Positions 25,354 through 34,137 are shown, counted from the stretch's first letter. The stretch is DNA of 42,302 nucleotides from a virus (IMGVR_UViG_3300037751_000271:1-42302), one strand, 5' to 3'. Numbers and translations are program-made. Notes: generated from the sequence alone by a model not told the origin.

Positions 25354-26283
25354 GGTTTTAATCTCCTTTTTCTGAGCTCTGGACGGATGGGATGCCGATG
25401 CGGCAATAATTTTAGTGCTATTGCCCTTGCGGGCGTTTGTAATCGCGAGATCCACGGCAGAGACTTCGTCGGCGAGTTTGGCTTTAACCGCCTTTTTGCC
25501 CTCAAAGACCCCGGCTTCGGTATCAACCACCTGCTGCACCGAAATGCCGCGATGCTTGGCAACCGTCTCAGTAAACAACAGGTAGGCGTCATCGACCATC
25601 AACTGCAGGCCGTGCTCAGCTTCTGCGCTTAACGGCAGATGCTGGGAGTAGTCGGCCTTGCGGGCCCCGGCATAAACATGCTTGACCGTAATGCCGTTTT
25701 CTTCTTCCCACTTTGAAAACTCGGTGTGCGTGGCGATTACGCCGATACTGCCGACGCCGCCAGTGCGGGGAACGACGATTTTTGAGGCGGCACTGGCCAG
25801 CAGATAGGCGGCCGAAAACGCCTGCTCGTTGACCACTGCGGTGATCGGTTTGATGCTGCGGCACGAAAAGATGTAATCGGCCAGATCAAACGCGCCGTTG
25901 ACTTCCCCGCCGGGAGAATCGATATCGAGTACGATCCCTTGCACCTGGTCATCGGCGAGGGCCATATCGAAGGCATGACGGATATCGGCATAGGTGGTCG
26001 GACCACCGCTGGGAAACTCCATATCCATCACCCGGTGCATTAACGGACCATAGATGCCGATAATACCGACACCGTTGCGGGCGCTATAACCGGCACGGCG
26101 GCGATCGTTGTCGCTGATCTCGATTATCTCGGCCGGTGGCGTCGAAACGCTCTCCATGAGCTGGCCACTGACAATGCCGAGTTCGGCACGCTGGCTGAAG
26201 ACATGCAGAATGGTGTTGAGCTTCGGCTCCGATATCATTAACGGGCGGTTGAAAATCCGCTCGGCTATACGCATATGCCTCAT
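24952..26283 (-). CDS. S49 prohead protease (lambda gpC-like)
   Basis: LDIDSPGGEV, AFSAAYLLAS, VGSIGV. Confidence 0.93.
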   Translation of the reverse strand: MRHMRIAERIFNRPLMISEPKLNTILHVFSQRAELGIVSGQLMESVSTPPAEIIEISDNDRRRAGYSARNGVGIIGIYGPLMHRVMDMEFPSGGPTTYADIRHAFDMALADDQVQGIVLDIDSPGGEVNGAFDLADYIFSCRSIKPITAVVNEQAFSAAYLLASAASKIVVPRTGGVGSIGVIATHTEFSKWEEENGITVKHVYAGARKADYSQHLPLSAEAEHGLQLMVDDAYLLFTETVAKHRGISVQQVVDTEAGVFEGKKAVKAKLADEVSAVDLAITNARKGNSTKIIAASASHPSRAQKKEIKTMTIEQLREENPDLVAQIETEARKGMITQVAADTARSEAVTAETTRVMGVVTAAVGEDTGKKLQTIVAANLDGEQVAALGLSASGSQTREQMLAAITAASSKGAGPVVGAGGPAKTGIDTNAIYANRQKAMSGR

Positions 26284-27866
26284 TCGACAGTCTCCTCGTC
26301 CGTGGTCTCTGCATCGCTCAGTGCGTAGGTCATCACCGGGTTCTTGGCGTCGGGAACGCTTGGTGGAGCGGCATCCAGGCCGTTTGCTTCCAGGAACTTT
26401 TTCTCACGAGCACGCTGGCGCACCTGCGCTTCCCAGTCCTTGCCCTTGGCCGCGCAGATATCGGCCAGCGTGGTGGTGCCGGTGTTGAGGCCCATGACGT
26501 TGGCAGCCATGTCTTTCACCGGATCGATGTTGGTGCGTTCCGGGCCGATCCAGGTGGCGGCACAATACTCGGCACGATACGCGTAGAAATCCGGAGCACC
26601 GGCGGGCAGCTGGATGCGGCCGGTGAGCACGGCTTCTTCGAAAAACATCTCCCAGACCTGCTGACAGTAGTGGTTGACCAGCCAATCCTGATACAGATCG
26701 AAAACCCGCCAGGCTTCCTGAAGAGCGGCGCGGGCGCTGCTGTAGTTGGTTTTTGAAAAATCCTTGGCGATGATCTCGTAAGGCATGCCGGTCGCGGCAC
26801 CGAAAGCCCGCAGCGCGGTTTCCACGAAGATCTGAAAACTGTTGGTGGGCCGCTCGCCTTTAAGGATGTGCGGCTTCTCGCCGGTGTTGCCATAAAGGAT
26901 CTGCCCGGGCGGGGTGTCTTGATGATGGGAGGTGGTGCCGTCGGTATTTTTAACCGCCTGCACACCCGGCATACCGGTGGCATCAAACGCGCTGCTTTTT
27001 TCGATAAAGACCGGAAAGCTGGCGGCGATGATCGCGCCGAGCAGCTCGTAGTCCATGTAGTCGGCAAAGTTGCGGAAAAACGAAAGCGCCGGGGCCAACA
27101 CCGAAACGCCGCGCACCTGCTCCGGGGTCTTTTTGTGGAAGCGGTGCATCACCACATGCCGATGGCCGCGCTTGGGCGGCTGCTCTTCGAAATGGGTGGT
27201 GAACATGCTGTGCGCCATCTGGCCGTCGGGCGGGTTGGCGATGAAATAGCCGACCGGTTGGCCCAGCTCACCGAGGCGCACGCCATCGCGGACGTTGGCC
27301 GAATGGGATTGATCGGACGGGGTGCGCATGCGCGACGGATCAAGGGCCTGCAGCGCCAGGCGGTAGCGACGCGCGGGATCATCGATCATCAGGGGCAGGT
27401 TGAGGAACTCACCGTTCACCAGCATCGACCAGAGGTTCTGGTACTGGATGCCGTAAAAATCGGCAACCCCGGAGGCATCGGCCTCGCGGTTGAATTGTTC
27501 AAACTCCCACTCGGCCTGCTCGGAGATTTCAGTAGCTTGCTCTTCGGAGATCCCCAGGCGCTTAAAGTTCGGTTTGCTTTGCGGCCACAAGCCCGGGCCG
27601 ACCGCGTTGACGCTGATTGCCTCAACCAGGCTGCAGGCGTGGGGATCGTTGGCTACCAGGTCGTTGGTGCGGTTGATCAACACCTCGCGCTGACGGCCTT
27701 CTTCCGGATAATTGATCCGGCGCGGTGACCAGTTGGTCATCGATCCGGTAAACCGGCCGCCGGTACGCGAAATGCTGGGGGCACGGCCACCACGGATAGC
27801 AGCCGCGGTGATTTTGGCATCACGTTTTATCTGGCGGATTTCTGCGAATTTGGAAGGACTAGCCAC
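26280..27866 (-). CDS. portal protein (lambda family)
   Basis: GGAGGG SD + GTG 27866; QVRGVS, GMPYE, NYSSARA, IDPVKD. Confidence 0.93.
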   Translation of the reverse strand: MASPSKFAEIRQIKRDAKITAAAIRGGRAPSISRTGGRFTGSMTNWSPRRINYPEEGRQREVLINRTNDLVANDPHACSLVEAISVNAVGPGLWPQSKPNFKRLGISEEQATEISEQAEWEFEQFNREADASGVADFYGIQYQNLWSMLVNGEFLNLPLMIDDPARRYRLALQALDPSRMRTPSDQSHSANVRDGVRLGELGQPVGYFIANPPDGQMAHSMFTTHFEEQPPKRGHRHVVMHRFHKKTPEQVRGVSVLAPALSFFRNFADYMDYELLGAIIAASFPVFIEKSSAFDATGMPGVQAVKNTDGTTSHHQDTPPGQILYGNTGEKPHILKGERPTNSFQIFVETALRAFGAATGMPYEIIAKDFSKTNYSSARAALQEAWRVFDLYQDWLVNHYCQQVWEMFFEEAVLTGRIQLPAGAPDFYAYRAEYCAATWIGPERTNIDPVKDMAANVMGLNTGTTTLADICAAKGKDWEAQVRQRAREKKFLEANGLDAAPPSVPDAKNPVMTYALSDAETTDEETVE

Positions 27867-28104
27867 GCGGAACCCTCCCCTGGATAATTTGAGGGCCGTG
27901 GCCGATCTCCAGGCTGACACGTTGCTGCTGCAGCCATTCCAGATGCTTTTGCAGCTCATCGACCCGATTGCGTTGTATCTGCCGGCTGGATCCACCGAGA
28001 CCGACCTGGTAGGACAAAACTTTTCTGGCCGCGGCCAGATCGGTTTTCGCCTGGGCGATTTCGCTATCGAGTTCTGCTGCGGTGTATAGAGGGGTGACAG
28101 TCAT
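27859..28104 (-). CDS. head completion protein gpW-like
   Basis: Short helical ORF (LSYQVG..RQIQR..EL) directly upstream of portal. Confidence 0.75.
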   Translation of the reverse strand: MTVTPLYTAAELDSEIAQAKTDLAAARKVLSYQVGLGGSSRQIQRNRVDELQKHLEWLQQQRVSLEIGHGPQIIQGRVPRG

Positions 28105-28184
28105 GCTGCCGATTTTGCGGGTATGCGAGGGAAAAGTCTTGCGCGTGGTGCCGCTTATGCGCGTGGTGCGCGTGGTGCGCGTAT
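28105..28184 (-). promoter_or_regulatory. putative late promoter with five 9-bp direct repeats
   Basis: + strand units TGCGCGTGG/TGCCGCTTA/TGCGCGTGG/TGCGCGTGG/TGCGCGTAT (28140-28184); minus-strand AAGACT-N17-CAAAAT-N7-ATG. Confidence 0.65.
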
Positions 28185-28310
28185 TTTTTTGAGGAGGGGG
28201 TCGCTAATTGCCGTTTTTTAATTACCGATCAAGCTGAAACGCAACAGCTGGCTTGCAGGCGGCGATGTGGATATCGAACTCGTTGCGGATGTTTGAGGTT
28301 GACAGGGGTA

Positions 28311-28338
28311 AAATAAGGGCACGGCTGGCCGTGCCCTT
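28311..28338 (-). terminator. terminator of the two-gene moron
   Basis: AAGGGCACGGC/GCCGTGCCCTT stem followed by ATTTT on the minus strand. Confidence 0.6.
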
Positions 28339-28342
28339 GCGA

Positions 28343-28771
28343 TCAGTTCGCCAGCTTTGCTCCGGCGGCTTCGAGCATTTTTTCCATGCCTTCGCTGTGC
28401 TCATCGCGCCCCTTCCAGAAGCGCATGACAACATCGAGCATGGCGCAACGCTCGGCGTGGGTCATGGCGCGGACCTGTTCGGCAAAGGCGTCCGCGTCGA
28501 GTTCCCATTTTTCCGCCAGGCCGTCGAGTTTGCCGGATTCGGCGATATCGGCCCAGAGGTAGTCACCGGTGTTGTCCTCGAAGAAGGTGCCGTTGAGCAT
28601 GTCGCAGAGGAACGACCACTGGCCGGTGGTTAAGGCCGGGCAGGCTTCGCTGGTGATGCGGCCGTAGTGGCTGATCACCGAGTTGACCCGGCCGGAGAGG
28701 TTTTCGGATGGGCCGATGATTTGCATAGATTTTTCTGTGAGATACAACGTTAAACGCTTGGCTTTTGACAT
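28343..28771 (-). CDS. putative ribbon-helix-helix regulator
   Basis: AAGGAG SD; N-terminal KRLTLYL beta-strand then helices (NLSGRVNSVISHY). Confidence 0.6.
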   Translation of the reverse strand: MSKAKRLTLYLTEKSMQIIGPSENLSGRVNSVISHYGRITSEACPALTTGQWSFLCDMLNGTFFEDNTGDYLWADIAESGKLDGLAEKWELDADAFAEQVRAMTHAERCAMLDVVMRFWKGRDEHSEGMEKMLEAAGAKLAN

Positions 28772-28824
28772 GGTTTTCTCCTTAAAGCTTGGGGCCGGTT
28801 GTCCGGCCCCTGGGTGATTGGCTA

Positions 28825-29499
28825 TTAGTTCACATTCTCTTCGATCCATTCGTCGGCGTCGGCCTGGCTGATTTCTTCGCGCTTGAGCAGCTCGTTGATA
28901 TGCGTGCGGGTGAGGGTTTCCGGGCTGTATTCAAAATCAATTTTTGCCTGCTCAATCAGGGCGTCTTCGATGCCATCGACGTATTGATTTGCTTCAACAC
29001 CGAACTCACAGTCGGCAACCGCCTCGTCGATCGGCTGGTCGGCCCAATGATCTTTGAGCTTGCAGCTGTTAAACAGCCAGTCAGAGGCGTTCCAAACTTC
29101 GGTAAACTCAAGAGTTCTGTCGATGATTAGCCGTGCGTCTTCGCTGGCTGCAGCGGCGTCGTCATTGTAGTGGCCTACATGATTGTTGCCGTCCCAGTGC
29201 TCGTCAAAGCCATCCAGGATGCGCTGGCATGTCTCCAGAAAACCCTGGTTTGCGAACAGTTCGCGAATCGAAGCGCCGGACGTCTCTGCGGAAACATCCC
29301 AGCGCACGGCCAGCCCGTGCCAGTAGTAAAAAGGCACAGCATTGCCGATTTCGCCGCTGTAATCGGCCATCAGCTCGCCGTTGCGGCAGTCGAGCTCTAT
29401 ATAGGCAGGTTGCGGGTTGAACTGGCCCGAGTATTTTTGGTAGAGGGGGGCTTTTCCTTCGAGACGGTCGAGGTTGCTGGTAATGGCGTTGATGGTCAT
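28825..29499 (-). CDS. acidic hypothetical phage protein
   Basis: 224 aa; AAGGAG SD; D/E-rich. Confidence 0.75.
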   Translation of the reverse strand: MTINAITSNLDRLEGKAPLYQKYSGQFNPQPAYIELDCRNGELMADYSGEIGNAVPFYYWHGLAVRWDVSAETSGASIRELFANQGFLETCQRILDGFDEHWDGNNHVGHYNDDAAAASEDARLIIDRTLEFTEVWNASDWLFNSCKLKDHWADQPIDEAVADCEFGVEANQYVDGIEDALIEQAKIDFEYSPETLTRTHINELLKREEISQADADEWIEENVN

Positions 29500-29569
29500 G
29501 GCGGGTCTCCTTTCGCTCTCTCCCGTGAGGGACGGCGTGATCAGGTGGGGCTTGATTGCCCCTTGTTGA

Positions 29570-29602
29570 TTGTAATCATATCATACCTGTGTATGATTAC
29601 AA
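29570..29602. promoter_or_regulatory. symmetric promoter/operator
   Basis: Perfect 11-bp inverted repeat TTGTAATCATA-N11-TATGATTACAA, giving TTGTAA-N16-TATGAT on both strands (TGn extension on the minus strand). Confidence 0.7.
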
Positions 29603-29633
29603 GGGGAAAACGGTAAAAAATGTGCTTTTTTTG

Positions 29634-29666
29634 AAAAATAACCGCCCGGCTTGACTGGCCGGGCGG
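29634..29666 (-). terminator. terminator of the early/accessory operon
   Basis: CCGCCCGGC-7nt-GCCGGGCGG stem followed by TTATTTTT on the minus strand. Confidence 0.75.
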
Positions 29667-29758
29667 GTGCGGGTCAGGCGGCGTTGAGGTAGGGCAGCAG
29701 GTCCTGCTTGGTGTGTTCTTTGTTTGTATGAATTCTGTAATCATTTCGCGTGGTTACG

Positions 29759-30058
29759 CTACACTATTTTGCCATTTCTAATAAACCCATGCCAGTTTCC
29801 GCTGGCGCTGGCGTCAATGCTTGGCGTGACGGTCATGGTTGCAAAGTCGTTGCCGTTAAAACGCCACGCCATTTCAGCTCTGGTCATGACTACGGCTTTT
29901 CCTTTGTATTGCGGGTTTTGCTTGTAGATCAGTTCGTATTGCTCCTTGATAGGCATTGGCACCTTCTTGCGTGTGATCAAGTCGCCATGCCCTGCAGGGC
30001 TTCTAAAAATAAATACGTCTGGTGATAACCATGCCGGCTCAAGATCTATCAGTTTCAC
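29759..30058 (-). CDS. DUF6527-like small protein
   Basis: W..NG..TVTPSI....WHGFIRNG C-terminal motif. Confidence 0.6.
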   Translation of the reverse strand: MKLIDLEPAWLSPDVFIFRSPAGHGDLITRKKVPMPIKEQYELIYKQNPQYKGKAVVMTRAEMAWRFNGNDFATMTVTPSIDASASGNWHGFIRNGKIV

Positions 30059-30081
30059 TGTCGCCTCAGATAGGCCGCCGG

Positions 30082-30264
30082 CTAGCTCGCAACCGGCGCG
30101 GCAAGCGCAACAGCTATTCTTTCGTACAAGTTAAGCAGGCGCTTGTGCTCCTCCGCCAGCCATGTGTCCGGCCGCAACTGCTCGAGACTTTGCTTGGTGT
30201 CCCTGAGCCTCATACTGTTTTCCCGTTGCATCTCTGCGACGGTCTGTCCGTATAGATCAATCAT
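30082..30264 (-). CDS. hypothetical protein
   Basis: GGGAG SD; 60-aa helical ORF in operon. Confidence 0.55.
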   Translation of the reverse strand: MIDLYGQTVAEMQRENSMRLRDTKQSLEQLRPDTWLAEEHKRLLNLYERIAVALAAPVAS

Positions 30265-30297
30265 GTGTGTCTCCCTGTTAAATGGTGGTATGCCTTG

Positions 30298-30510
30298 CTA
30301 AATAAGCGGTTCGCCGGTGTAGTCACACCACACTCGCCTTGCTCTTGCCCACGCGCCCATCATCTGTTTGACAGTATGCGTTTGCGGTTGGGCATAAAAT
30401 CCCTTTGCGGCTATGTCAAAGATAGCCGCGCCAACCCTCATGTCGTGGTCTTCTGATAGTCCGTCTGCGTCGGCGCGTTCTATCATTTGTGTCGATAGGT
30501 TTGTGTCCAC
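30298..30510 (-). CDS. hypothetical protein
   Basis: GGAGG SD; 70 aa. Confidence 0.6.
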   Translation of the reverse strand: MDTNLSTQMIERADADGLSEDHDMRVGAAIFDIAAKGFYAQPQTHTVKQMMGAWARARRVWCDYTGEPLI

Positions 30511-30522
30511 ATCATCCTCCCG

Positions 30523-31467
30523 TTATGCCGCAACTGCTGCAATAGTTGTTTGTGCCTCTCTGCCTATCATGGTGCCGAGATGATTCCCGGCAATGCCGAC
30601 ATATCTCGCATGCGGGACGGCCTCACCAAGCCATCCCCAGGACTGCTCAGGATCATCGTGGCCAGGGCAGACTTCATCGTCTTTGCCTTGCAGGACCGTC
30701 ACCGGACATTGAATCGCTGAGAGGTCAATATGCTTGCCGTCAACGTGCAGGTTGTTGGTGGCGATATTGTTGCCGAGAAAATTGCGGATCATCTCCAGGT
30801 AAATTCCTCGGCCAATCACGCCCTTGCCGTCATCATAATCCTCATGACTGCCGGCCGGTTGGTTGTACCACTGCGTTAAACCATCATAATCACGATCCCG
30901 TTCACGGCGTTCCCAGAGTGGCGCGTTCGTGGATCTCCAGCCATTGACCAGGTGGAGGCACGGCATGTTACCCCTCGCCCACGGGTGCTTGAAACGTAGA
31001 TAGCCGAGTAACGCATGATAATGCATTACATTGACCGGCCACTTGATGGCCCGATCCAGAATCGATCCCGACGGCGATGTGTTGTTCGGTGAGGCGATCG
31101 TGATCAACCTGCTCACCTTGTCCGGGTGTATCGCCGCTGTGAGCAGGGACACAGGGCCGCCTTGACACATACCCCACAAGCTGACCGGGCCGGAAGGGTT
31201 GGCGATCGTCAAAGCCAGGTTGATGTTCTCGATCCACCATTCATACCCTCGATCATCGTCGTCGGGATGGCAGCCGAGAGGTTCAACCTCCCAGACCGGC
31301 TTATCTGTTTTGCAGAGCGTCTCGACAATGGAATGACGTCCGGTGCCGCCAGCAATACGGGCATGTCCCGCAAATGGGTTAAGAATGACTGCAGGAGTGC
31401 CTGTCCCTTGCTGGTGACAGTAAAGGCGCATGAAGCGATTTTGCAAAACGAGATGGCCTTTGTTCAA
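30523..31467 (-). CDS. alpha/beta hydrolase with Cys nucleophile, PHA synthase/depolymerase (PhaC/PhaZ)-like
   Basis: AGGAGG SD + TTG; NPFAGH, GMCQGG (G-x-C-x-G-G box), IDLSAIQCP, GKDDEV (Asp), GNHLG (His). Confidence 0.8.
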   Translation of the reverse strand: MNKGHLVLQNRFMRLYCHQQGTGTPAVILNPFAGHARIAGGTGRHSIVETLCKTDKPVWEVEPLGCHPDDDDRGYEWWIENINLALTIANPSGPVSLWGMCQGGPVSLLTAAIHPDKVSRLITIASPNNTSPSGSILDRAIKWPVNVMHYHALLGYLRFKHPWARGNMPCLHLVNGWRSTNAPLWERRERDRDYDGLTQWYNQPAGSHEDYDDGKGVIGRGIYLEMIRNFLGNNIATNNLHVDGKHIDLSAIQCPVTVLQGKDDEVCPGHDDPEQSWGWLGEAVPHARYVGIAGNHLGTMIGREAQTTIAAVAA

Positions 31468-31613
31468 ATTGTTTCCTCCTTATGCCCGTACCAGTGTTCA
31501 CGGCAGGTCAGGCGATACCCCTGCGGCGTACGGAAACCCCACTCGACAGGACGATCACAGCCGGGTTCGTCGCAGACGTGAGACGTTATTGGAGCAACCA
31601 CCGGATCATCCAC
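31464..31613 (-). CDS. 49-aa zinc-finger-like protein (not in ORF track)
   Basis: GTG start; MDDPVVAPITSHVCDEPGCDRPVEWGFRTPQGYRLTCREHWYGHKEETI; stop overlaps hydrolase start. Confidence 0.5.
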   Translation of the reverse strand: MDDPVVAPITSHVCDEPGCDRPVEWGFRTPQGYRLTCREHWYGHKEETI

Positions 31614-31673
31614 ACCAACAACCCCATGCCGCCAAAGTAACCTGTCCAGAAAAGCAAAAACGGCCAGTTCATC

Positions 31674-31790
31674 TCACTCCTCCATTTCCTCAATCTCCAC
31701 CGTCAGATCCTCGACGTTGGCGATTTCGTTGCAGGCGCTGGCCATGGCGCTATCGATGATGGCCTTGACTTCGGACTGCCGTTCCGTCAT
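31674..31790 (-). CDS. 38-aa acidic peptide
   Basis: MTERQSEVKAIIDSAMASACNEIANVEDLTVEIEEMEE; ATGA overlap with upstream gene. Confidence 0.4.
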   Translation of the reverse strand: MTERQSEVKAIIDSAMASACNEIANVEDLTVEIEEMEE

Positions 31791-32356
31791 ATTTTTCCTT
31801 CCCGCGGCGAACTAGGTTGGGGAAGGGTGCCAGCAGGCGGACGCTGATCGTTTCCAACCCTGACAAATGAATATCTCCGCGTCACACTCGTATCTGTTTC
31901 GCCAAGGCGCGTCCAGGGTTCGTCTGCTCCGAGATATATCGGCGGCTCTTTGATGCAACGAACTTCAATGAGGTCGCGGCAATCGTTGAATGCCAGAATT
32001 TCATGCTCATCGTTTCCGTCTCGACTGACGATGTCGCCCACCTGCCAAAGCTCCACAGGTAGCTCCTCCGCGCACAGCATAGGCTTAATTTTCCCTTCCC
32101 GCGGCGGCGTCGCCCACCTGGCCCGGTCGATCTGATCGACCATAGCAACCAGGGCAGCGGTATCAAACGCGATCTTGCCGCGGGCCATCAAATCAACCTT
32201 GGCGTTAAACTCCACAATCAAAGGGGTTTTCCCTGCCTTGATCGGATCGATCAGGTGTTTTGGTATATGGACACGCTTTTGAATTAACGCCAGGCGTTGA
32301 TGGCTGCTCATGTTGCGATAAGGCATGAAGTTCGGTCGGCAATAAGCTTTTTGCAT
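31787..32356 (-). CDS. hypothetical protein
   Basis: GGAGGAG SD at ATG 32356; WQVGDIV SH3-like motif. Confidence 0.65.
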   Translation of the reverse strand: MQKAYCRPNFMPYRNMSSHQRLALIQKRVHIPKHLIDPIKAGKTPLIVEFNAKVDLMARGKIAFDTAALVAMVDQIDRARWATPPREGKIKPMLCAEELPVELWQVGDIVSRDGNDEHEILAFNDCRDLIEVRCIKEPPIYLGADEPWTRLGETDTSVTRRYSFVRVGNDQRPPAGTLPQPSSPREGKI

Positions 32357-32391
32357 ATTCTCCTCCTGGTGGTTTGAGCCAATATGTTCAC

Positions 32392-34137
32392 TCACGCTGC
32401 TACCTCTTTGACTTTCTCGATTACGTTGGCCCGCACCAGAGCCTCGGCGATCGGCGGGCAGACGCTGTTGCCGCACAGGCGCACCTGGGCGGTTTTGGTG
32501 ATCGGCGTGCCGTCGGCCCGGCGGTCTATGATGTAATCATCCGGGAAGCCCTGGGCGCGGAATAACTCACGCGGGCTGAGCATGCGCATGCCGATATCGG
32601 CAATCTGGTATTCGATCCCCTTGACAGTGACCAAACCGAAGCGGTCCCGGGTGGTGATGGTGTGCAAGGGCTCTGTCAGGTTCGGGTCCTGATCCGTGCC
32701 GTAATATTTAAGCAGGAAGGCGCGGACTTCGCCGACGTGCAACCCGCCGGCCGTAACGGTAGGCATCGGCGCAGTTGTCGCCTGGCCGTCCTTGCAGGTG
32801 CCGCGCAGCTTGACCAGGTGCGAGGTAACCAGAGCATCCTTGGCTTTGCCGGTGATCGTACATGCCGGCTTGGCTGGATCCGCATCCCAACTTTTGCCAA
32901 AGTTTCGCACCAGGCTGGCGGCGACCAGACCGGTCTTGCCCATGCCGCCGGGCAGGATGGTTGGCGTAGGGGCTTTCACTGACCCGCCGACGCTCTGGCC
33001 AAAATGCCGCACCAGGCTGGCCGCAACCAGGGAATGATGATCGATGGTGGTGGCCGTACCGAGCGGGTCCTGCAGATCAGAGCCGACCACGCCGGTGTAA
33101 TGCTTGGCGAGGAACGTGGAAACCAGGGCGAAGTGTCCGCCCTTGACGGCGGCGCAGACGGTGCGCAACGGCTCTTCGGCCGACATACTGCGTGGGCTGG
33201 AGGCATTGGCGTGTTCGGTGACAAATGGCGTCACCAGCGCAAACCGGTTTTCCGTAGTCTGTGTGCGCAGTGGTTCGCTCATTTTTTGGCCGCGGCCTTT
33301 GTCGTTTTGTTTCTCGCCATAGTAGGAGACGATAAACGGATCCGGGTTATCCACCACGTAGCGCATGATGCCCTTGGCGATCCGGCGCAGGGTGGCCTCG
33401 GCCAGCGGTTTCTTACGCTCGAAAATACTCGGGCAGGGAAGAGACCAGTCGATGCACTCGGCGGCGGTGCGAAACGGCTTGAGTTTCCCAGATTTCACGC
33501 CCGGGCTTTGCGGATCGCCGTGGGTCGCTTGCGGCCAGACGATCGGCTCGCCGTCGCAACGGGCGATGATGAACAGGCGCTTGCGGATCGTTGGGGCCCC
33601 ATAGTCGCAGGCGCGCAACTCGCGGTGCTCTATGCTGTAGCCCATCGCCTGCAGTTGTGACTTCCAGCGGGTAAAGGTTTTGCCTTTACGCAACGGGCAG
33701 GGCCGGTTGTCCTTGCCCAGCGGGCCCCACGTTTTGAACTCTTCGACGTTTTCCAGCATGATCACGGCGGGCCGGACCGCTGCGGCCCAGCGCAGCACGA
33801 CCCACGCCAGGCCGCGCACTTCCTTTTTTACCGGGCGGCCACCTTTGGCTTTGGAAAAATGGGTGCAGTCCGGAGAGAACCACGCCAGCCTCACCGGACG
33901 ACCCGCGCACAGTTTGGCCGGGTCGACATCCCACACCGATTCACACAGGTGCCGGGTGTGCGGATGATTGATTGTGTGCAGCTCGACCGCGTCCAGGTCG
34001 TGATTGATAGCGACATCGACCTGCCTGCCCAGGGCGGCCTCGATGCCGGTCGATGCGCCGCCACCGCCGGCGAAGTTGTCGACTACCAGGTCGTGCAGGC
34101 CGAGAGGGATCTGGGTGGTGGTGCGGTAGGCGGTCAT
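32392..34137 (-). CDS. C5 DNA cytosine methyltransferase
   Basis: Motif I DNFAGGGG, IV SPDCTHFS, VI ENVEEF, VIII PTIRKRLF, IX RELFRAQGF, X GNSVCPP; ATGA-coupled start 34137. Confidence 0.93.
   Translation of the reverse strand: MTAYRTTTQIPLGLHDLVVDNFAGGGGASTGIEAALGRQVDVAINHDLDAVELHTINHPHTRHLCESVWDVDPAKLCAGRPVRLAWFSPDCTHFSKAKGGRPVKKEVRGLAWVVLRWAAAVRPAVIMLENVEEFKTWGPLGKDNRPCPLRKGKTFTRWKSQLQAMGYSIEHRELRACDYGAPTIRKRLFIIARCDGEPIVWPQATHGDPQSPGVKSGKLKPFRTAAECIDWSLPCPSIFERKKPLAEATLRRIAKGIMRYVVDNPDPFIVSYYGEKQNDKGRGQKMSEPLRTQTTENRFALVTPFVTEHANASSPRSMSAEEPLRTVCAAVKGGHFALVSTFLAKHYTGVVGSDLQDPLGTATTIDHHSLVAASLVRHFGQSVGGSVKAPTPTILPGGMGKTGLVAASLVRNFGKSWDADPAKPACTITGKAKDALVTSHLVKLRGTCKDGQATTAPMPTVTAGGLHVGEVRAFLLKYYGTDQDPNLTEPLHTITTRDRFGLVTVKGIEYQIADIGMRMLSPRELFRAQGFPDDYIIDRRADGTPITKTAQVRLCGNSVCPPIAEALVRANVIEKVKEVAA

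Noticed and set aside
17084-27728. Long + strand ORFs (17084-18397, 23239-24246, 26868-27728)
   Set aside because: Antisense shadows of tape measure, capsid and portal; no motifs recognised.
28140-28184. CRISPR mini-array
   Set aside because: 9-bp units with no spacers, and no cas genes.
32392-34137. Complete restriction-modification system
   Set aside because: No adjacent endonuclease recognised; an orphan phage MTase is the simpler reading.
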